From the IMG/VR virus record IMGVR_UViG_2684622669_000001, positions 1-19,618 of that record: a stretch of DNA of 19,618 nt, one strand, 5' to 3'. The position numbers and the translations under genes are program-made. The notes below the pieces were generated by a model. It was not told the DNA's origin. It saw only the letters and a list, made by a program, of their open reading frames with translations, and searched no databases. This DNA comes from a virus (lineage: Duplodnaviria; Heunggongvirae; Uroviricota; Caudoviricetes). Every line of letters begins with the position of its first letter. Position 1 is the first letter of the stretch. Below are positions 17,313 through 19,618 of the stretch, piece after piece.

Positions 17313-17932
17313 TTGTAGCAAAATCAGATTATAACTTCCACGGAGTTGAATTGGTGCCCACCCGTGATATGCATGGTGTTTGGTTTACATCATCTAATAT
17401 TGCATCTGCACTTAAATACGCAAATAGTCGTGCAGTAACAATGATTTATAACAAGTATAGCGATGAGTTTAGCGCCGGAATGACTCAGGTACTCGAAGTG
17501 AGTACCTCAGGAAATTATCGCAAAAAAGTGCGTGTTTTCTCACTACGCGGTGCCCACCTAATCGCGATGTTTGCTCGCACTCAGGTAGCCAAAGAGTTCC
17601 GCCGCTGGGTGCTGGATATTTTGGATCGGCAGGCAGAATGCTCACCGATTGCAAAACAGTTTACTGACGAAGAACTGGTTAATCTCTGCTACTTACAATT
17701 GTGGATGGAGAAGAGTCAACAAATGTGCAAACACATCTACCCAGGAATGAAGCAAATTGGTTCTGAGCTTTCAGGAAGGATTTACGATATTGCATATGAG
17801 ACTCGCTACATGTCAGAAGAAACCAAGAAATCACTTCTTCGTGAAATGAAGAATCTTGATACCAACAATTTTGTCGTAAAGAACGCTCAGCCAATGCTGG
17901 CAAAACTGCGCGGCGAGGAATGGATTCATTGA
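17306..17932 (+). CDS. Antirepressor-like protein (Bro-N / P22 antirepressor N-terminal-like domain)
   Basis: The track ORF 17222-17932 is trimmed to the ATG at 17306, with SD aagga 6 nt upstream. 208 aa. ...FSLRGAHLIAMFARTQVAKEFRRWVLDIL... is typical of Bro-N/antirepressor N-domains. Position after arc mirrors P22 arc-ant. Confidence 0.7.
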   Translation: MNIVAKSDYNFHGVELVPTRDMHGVWFTSSNIASALKYANSRAVTMIYNKYSDEFSAGMTQVLEVSTSGNYRKKVRVFSLRGAHLIAMFARTQVAKEFRRWVLDILDRQAECSPIAKQFTDEELVNLCYLQLWMEKSQQMCKHIYPGMKQIGSELSGRIYDIAYETRYMSEETKKSLLREMKNLDTNNFVVKNAQPMLAKLRGEEWIH

Positions 17933-17950
17933 TTGGTGCGCCGGACTGCG

Positions 17951-18026
17951 CAAAAAGAAAACCGCCAGTGTGCTGCTGGCGGCCTATGTCACACACTTAC
18001 TACCACATAAGGAATGCCTAATGACT
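17951..18026 (-). ncRNA. Second candidate antisense RNA with its own minus-strand terminator (hypothetical)
   Basis: Stem ccgccag (17962-17968) / ctggcgg (17976-17982). On the minus strand it is followed directly by GTTTTCTTTTTG (rc of 17951-17961); the + strand has no T-tract. Minus-strand promoter-like GTGACA-17 nt-TACATT inside the first codons of the 18021 gene. Confidence 0.25.
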
Positions 18027-18746
18027 TTTAAGAATGTAGCAAACATCGGATCCGTTGTCACGGATAAAACCATTGACAGCCAAAGTCTTCTGATGATGGT
18101 TAATGAAGCTCGCAAGTTATGTGGAGAGCCATCAGTACGTAACAACAAATTCATCGAGAAAATTGAGGATGAATTGGAAGGCGAGACCTACACAAAAAGT
18201 GTAGGTCGGAAAAACGGGGCTGACATTGATGTTATCTCCATGACTATCAAGCAGGCGCTTCGTGTTGCTGCTCGCGAATCTAAAGCAGTTCGCCGAACAC
18301 TTGTAGACAAACTTGAAAGTATGCAGGAAGCGCACATTAAAAGCGGTAAATCAGCGAGTGGACTTGTTGAGTATCGTCAAGCGCGAACATTGAAAATGAC
18401 GGTTGAAGCTGTTACCAATCTGTTCGATCTGATGCCAAATCTTGCGCCGGAGGCAAAGCAGACAGCGGCAGCAAGTATAATCAACCCGCTCGTTGGTTTT
18501 AATGCAATACCTCTTCCGGCAATAGAAGAGCATTACTACTCAGCAGGGGAGGTTGCAGAGCAGCTTGGAGTAACGGCCAACAAGATTGGTCGCATTGCTA
18601 ACGCAAACAACCTCAAAACTGAGCAGTACGGGAAGTTCTTCCTGGATAAATCTGCGCATTCCAGCAAACAGGTGGAAGCGTTCCGCTACAATGAGGAAGG
18701 TGTTAAAGCACTACAACACCTGATTCATGGGAGTAATGTTGCATAA
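18021..18746 (+). CDS. Second antirepressor-like / phage regulatory protein (Rha/ORF6N-like N-terminus, KilAC-like C-terminus; tentative)
   Basis: The track ORF 17970-18746 is trimmed to the ATG at 18021, with SD aaggaa 6 nt upstream. 241 aa. The N-terminal region (TIDSQSLLMMVNEARKLCG...) is Rha/ORF6N-like and the C-terminal region (YYSAGEVAEQLGVTANKIGRIANANNL...) is KilAC-like. Domain calls are from memory. Confidence 0.55.
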   Translation: MTFKNVANIGSVVTDKTIDSQSLLMMVNEARKLCGEPSVRNNKFIEKIEDELEGETYTKSVGRKNGADIDVISMTIKQALRVAARESKAVRRTLVDKLESMQEAHIKSGKSASGLVEYRQARTLKMTVEAVTNLFDLMPNLAPEAKQTAAASIINPLVGFNAIPLPAIEEHYYSAGEVAEQLGVTANKIGRIANANNLKTEQYGKFFLDKSAHSSKQVEAFRYNEEGVKALQHLIHGSNVA

Positions 18747-18967
18747 TGGCAAAGAAAAAATATGGCATTATGCCGCCAAGAATCAAAGGAAGAGCCAGGG
18801 TAAAAGGCGATGCTGGAAGGTATCACATTCTTGGAGTTCTGTGGCATGAGAGAGCTTTAATTTTAAGTAGACCTCATGGGTACATTGAAAAGGTATCTAT
18901 AGATAGAGTAGAGATTCTTCCCCTTACACCTGAAGAAGAAGAAACGTACGGACTTTTTGATAACTAA
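18746..18967 (+). CDS. Hypothetical small basic protein, translationally coupled to the upstream gene
   Basis: 73 aa. Start ATG overlaps the upstream stop (TAATG). Followed by a strong terminator. Confidence 0.45.
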   Translation: MAKKKYGIMPPRIKGRARVKGDAGRYHILGVLWHERALILSRPHGYIEKVSIDRVEILPLTPEEEETYGLFDN

Positions 18968-18973
18968 CCAGCT

Positions 18974-19004
18974 AAACCCGCTTAATCGCGGGTTTTTTCT
19001 TTTC
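18974..19004 (+). terminator. Intrinsic terminator ending the rightward accessory operon
   Basis: aaacccgc (18974-18981) / ttaatc / gcgggttt (18988-18995), followed by ttt and cttttc. The minus-strand Mnt-like stop codon (18982-18984) is in the loop. Confidence 0.6.
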
Positions 19005-19239
19005 TAAGGATATCAGCCGCAACTTCTTTTACTCGCTCCGAGATTAATGAGGCCAACCTCTCTTCTTCATCACGATACCCGCTTACAGGTGATGGTTTGG
19101 AGAGTGATTCTTCCATCGTAGCCACAATTTCGGAATTGATAGACCTGTTATTCATTTTTGCACGCTGCTTAATCTTAGCGTGCAACTCGTGCGTAAGCCT
19201 CAAGTGGAACTGCGCCTCATCGTATTTGCTGTACATCAT
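18982..19239 (-). CDS. Mnt-like ribbon-helix-helix repressor (paralogue 2, closest to P22 Mnt)
   Basis: The track ORF 18982-19320(-) is trimmed to ATGATG at 19234-19239, with SD gagg 5 nt upstream. 85 aa. QFHLRLTHELHAKIKQRAKMNNRSINSEIV...SKPSPVSGYRDEEERLA parallels P22 Mnt (...NGRSMNSELL...SKPSPVTGYRNDAERLA, from memory). Confidence 0.8.
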   Translation of the reverse strand: MMYSKYDEAQFHLRLTHELHAKIKQRAKMNNRSINSEIVATMEESLSKPSPVSGYRDEEERLASLISERVKEVAADILRKEKTRD

Positions 19240-19371
19240 CAATGCCTCACCAAATGGGTGGAATGGCATCGTAAAACCTACTGTACAAATCAACAATCGT
19301 ACCATTTCGGTATGCAACAAACATCAACCGTAGCCATGCTGCGGCGATTCCTTGTATCTGGAGCAAATTAA

Positions 19372-19530
19372 ATGACAGACATTACAGCCAATGTGATCGT
19401 ATCGATGCCTTCGCAACTCTTCACTATGGCGCGTTCTTTTAAAGCTGTAGCTAATGGCAAAATTTATATCGGTAAAATTGATACTGACCCAGTAAATCCA
19501 GAAAACCAGATTCAGGTTTATGTAGAGAAC
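19372..19530 (+). pseudogene. Tailspike gene, N-terminal head-binding domain only (interrupted by IS2)
   Basis: [53 protein letters not shown] matches the conserved P22/Sf6/HK620 tailspike N-terminus. After codon 53 the reading frame enters an IS end and no longer resembles tailspike. Confidence 0.85.
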
Positions 19531-19618
19531 TGGATTTGCCCCTATATTTCCAGACACCTGTTATCACTTAACCCATTACTGGCCTGCTGCCGCAGATATT
19601 CCCGTGGCGAGCGATAAC
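19531..19618 (-). mobile_element. IS2 (IS3 family) terminal inverted repeat and 3' end of the transposase gene, partial (continues beyond window)
   Basis: TGGATTTGCCCCTATATTTCCAGACACCTGTTATCACTTAACCC matches the IS2 terminal inverted repeat as recalled. The minus-strand translation of 19545-19618 gives ...[24 protein letters not shown], typical of an IS3-family OrfB C-terminus. Confidence 0.8.
19542..19618 (-). CDS. IS2 transposase OrfB C-terminal fragment (partial, 5' part outside window)
   Basis: Minus-strand frame ends with stop TAG (+ 19542-19544) after ...[26 protein letters not shown]. This ending is characteristic of IS3-family transposases. Confidence 0.7.
   Translation of the reverse strand, partial: YRSPREYLRQQASNGLSDNRCLEI

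Noticed and set aside
17970-18020. Upstream start (17970) for the second antirepressor-like ORF
   Set aside because: It would begin inside the terminator hairpin and has no SD. The ATG at 18021 is preceded by AAGGAA.
19240-19320. Long form of Mnt-like paralogue 2 starting at 19320
   Set aside because: The extra hydrophobic N-terminal residues have no SD and would invade the divergent control region. ATGATG at 19234-19239 with GAGG upstream gives a protein the size of P22 Mnt.
19324-19557. 77-aa minus-strand ORF across the tailspike start / IS2 end
   Set aside because: Antisense to the conserved tailspike N-terminus and in a different frame from the IS2 transposase C-terminus; chimeric artefact.
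19372-19617. The 81-aa + ORF as an intact small gene
   Set aside because: Its first 53 codons are the tailspike head-binding domain and the rest is read-through into the IS2 inverted repeat. It is a truncated tailspike, not a native gene.
1-19618. CRISPR arrays, tRNA/rRNA genes, attachment sites or integrase
   Set aside because: I found no regularly spaced direct repeats, no tRNA-like cloverleaf candidates and no integrase-like ORF. The window appears to lie wholly inside the prophage late region plus an IS end.

Overview
This window is the late (virion morphogenesis) region of a P22/Sf6-like podovirus prophage, most likely in an E. coli/Shigella-type host (IS2 is present). All assignments rest on my reading of the ORF translations and DNA, and on recalled similarity to P22/Sf6 proteins; no searches were run. 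Left to right on the + strand: a possible Rz-like 3' end, a Rha-family regulator, a Gp49/Sf6-gp66-like protein, then a tightly packed, translationally coupled operon of terminase small and large subunits, portal, scaffold, coat, and homologues of P22 gp4, gp10, gp26 (tail needle), gp14, gp7, gp20 and gp16 (ejection proteins). Between the last ejection-protein gene and the tailspike gene lies an AT-rich accessory island (about 15610-19371). It holds (i) an unclassified three-gene cassette: a membrane-anchored coiled-coil protein, a small HExxH (zincin-like) protein and a YjzC-like mini-protein; and (ii) an expanded immI-like region with two Mnt-like and one Arc-like ribbon-helix-helix repressors, two antirepressor-like genes, a palindromic operator and two candidate sar-like antisense RNAs. 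The tailspike gene is cut after codon 53 by an IS2 end that runs off the window, so the prophage is probably defective for adsorption. The cassette at 15610-16528 is the best candidate for an undescribed system (superinfection exclusion, defence or anti-defence).
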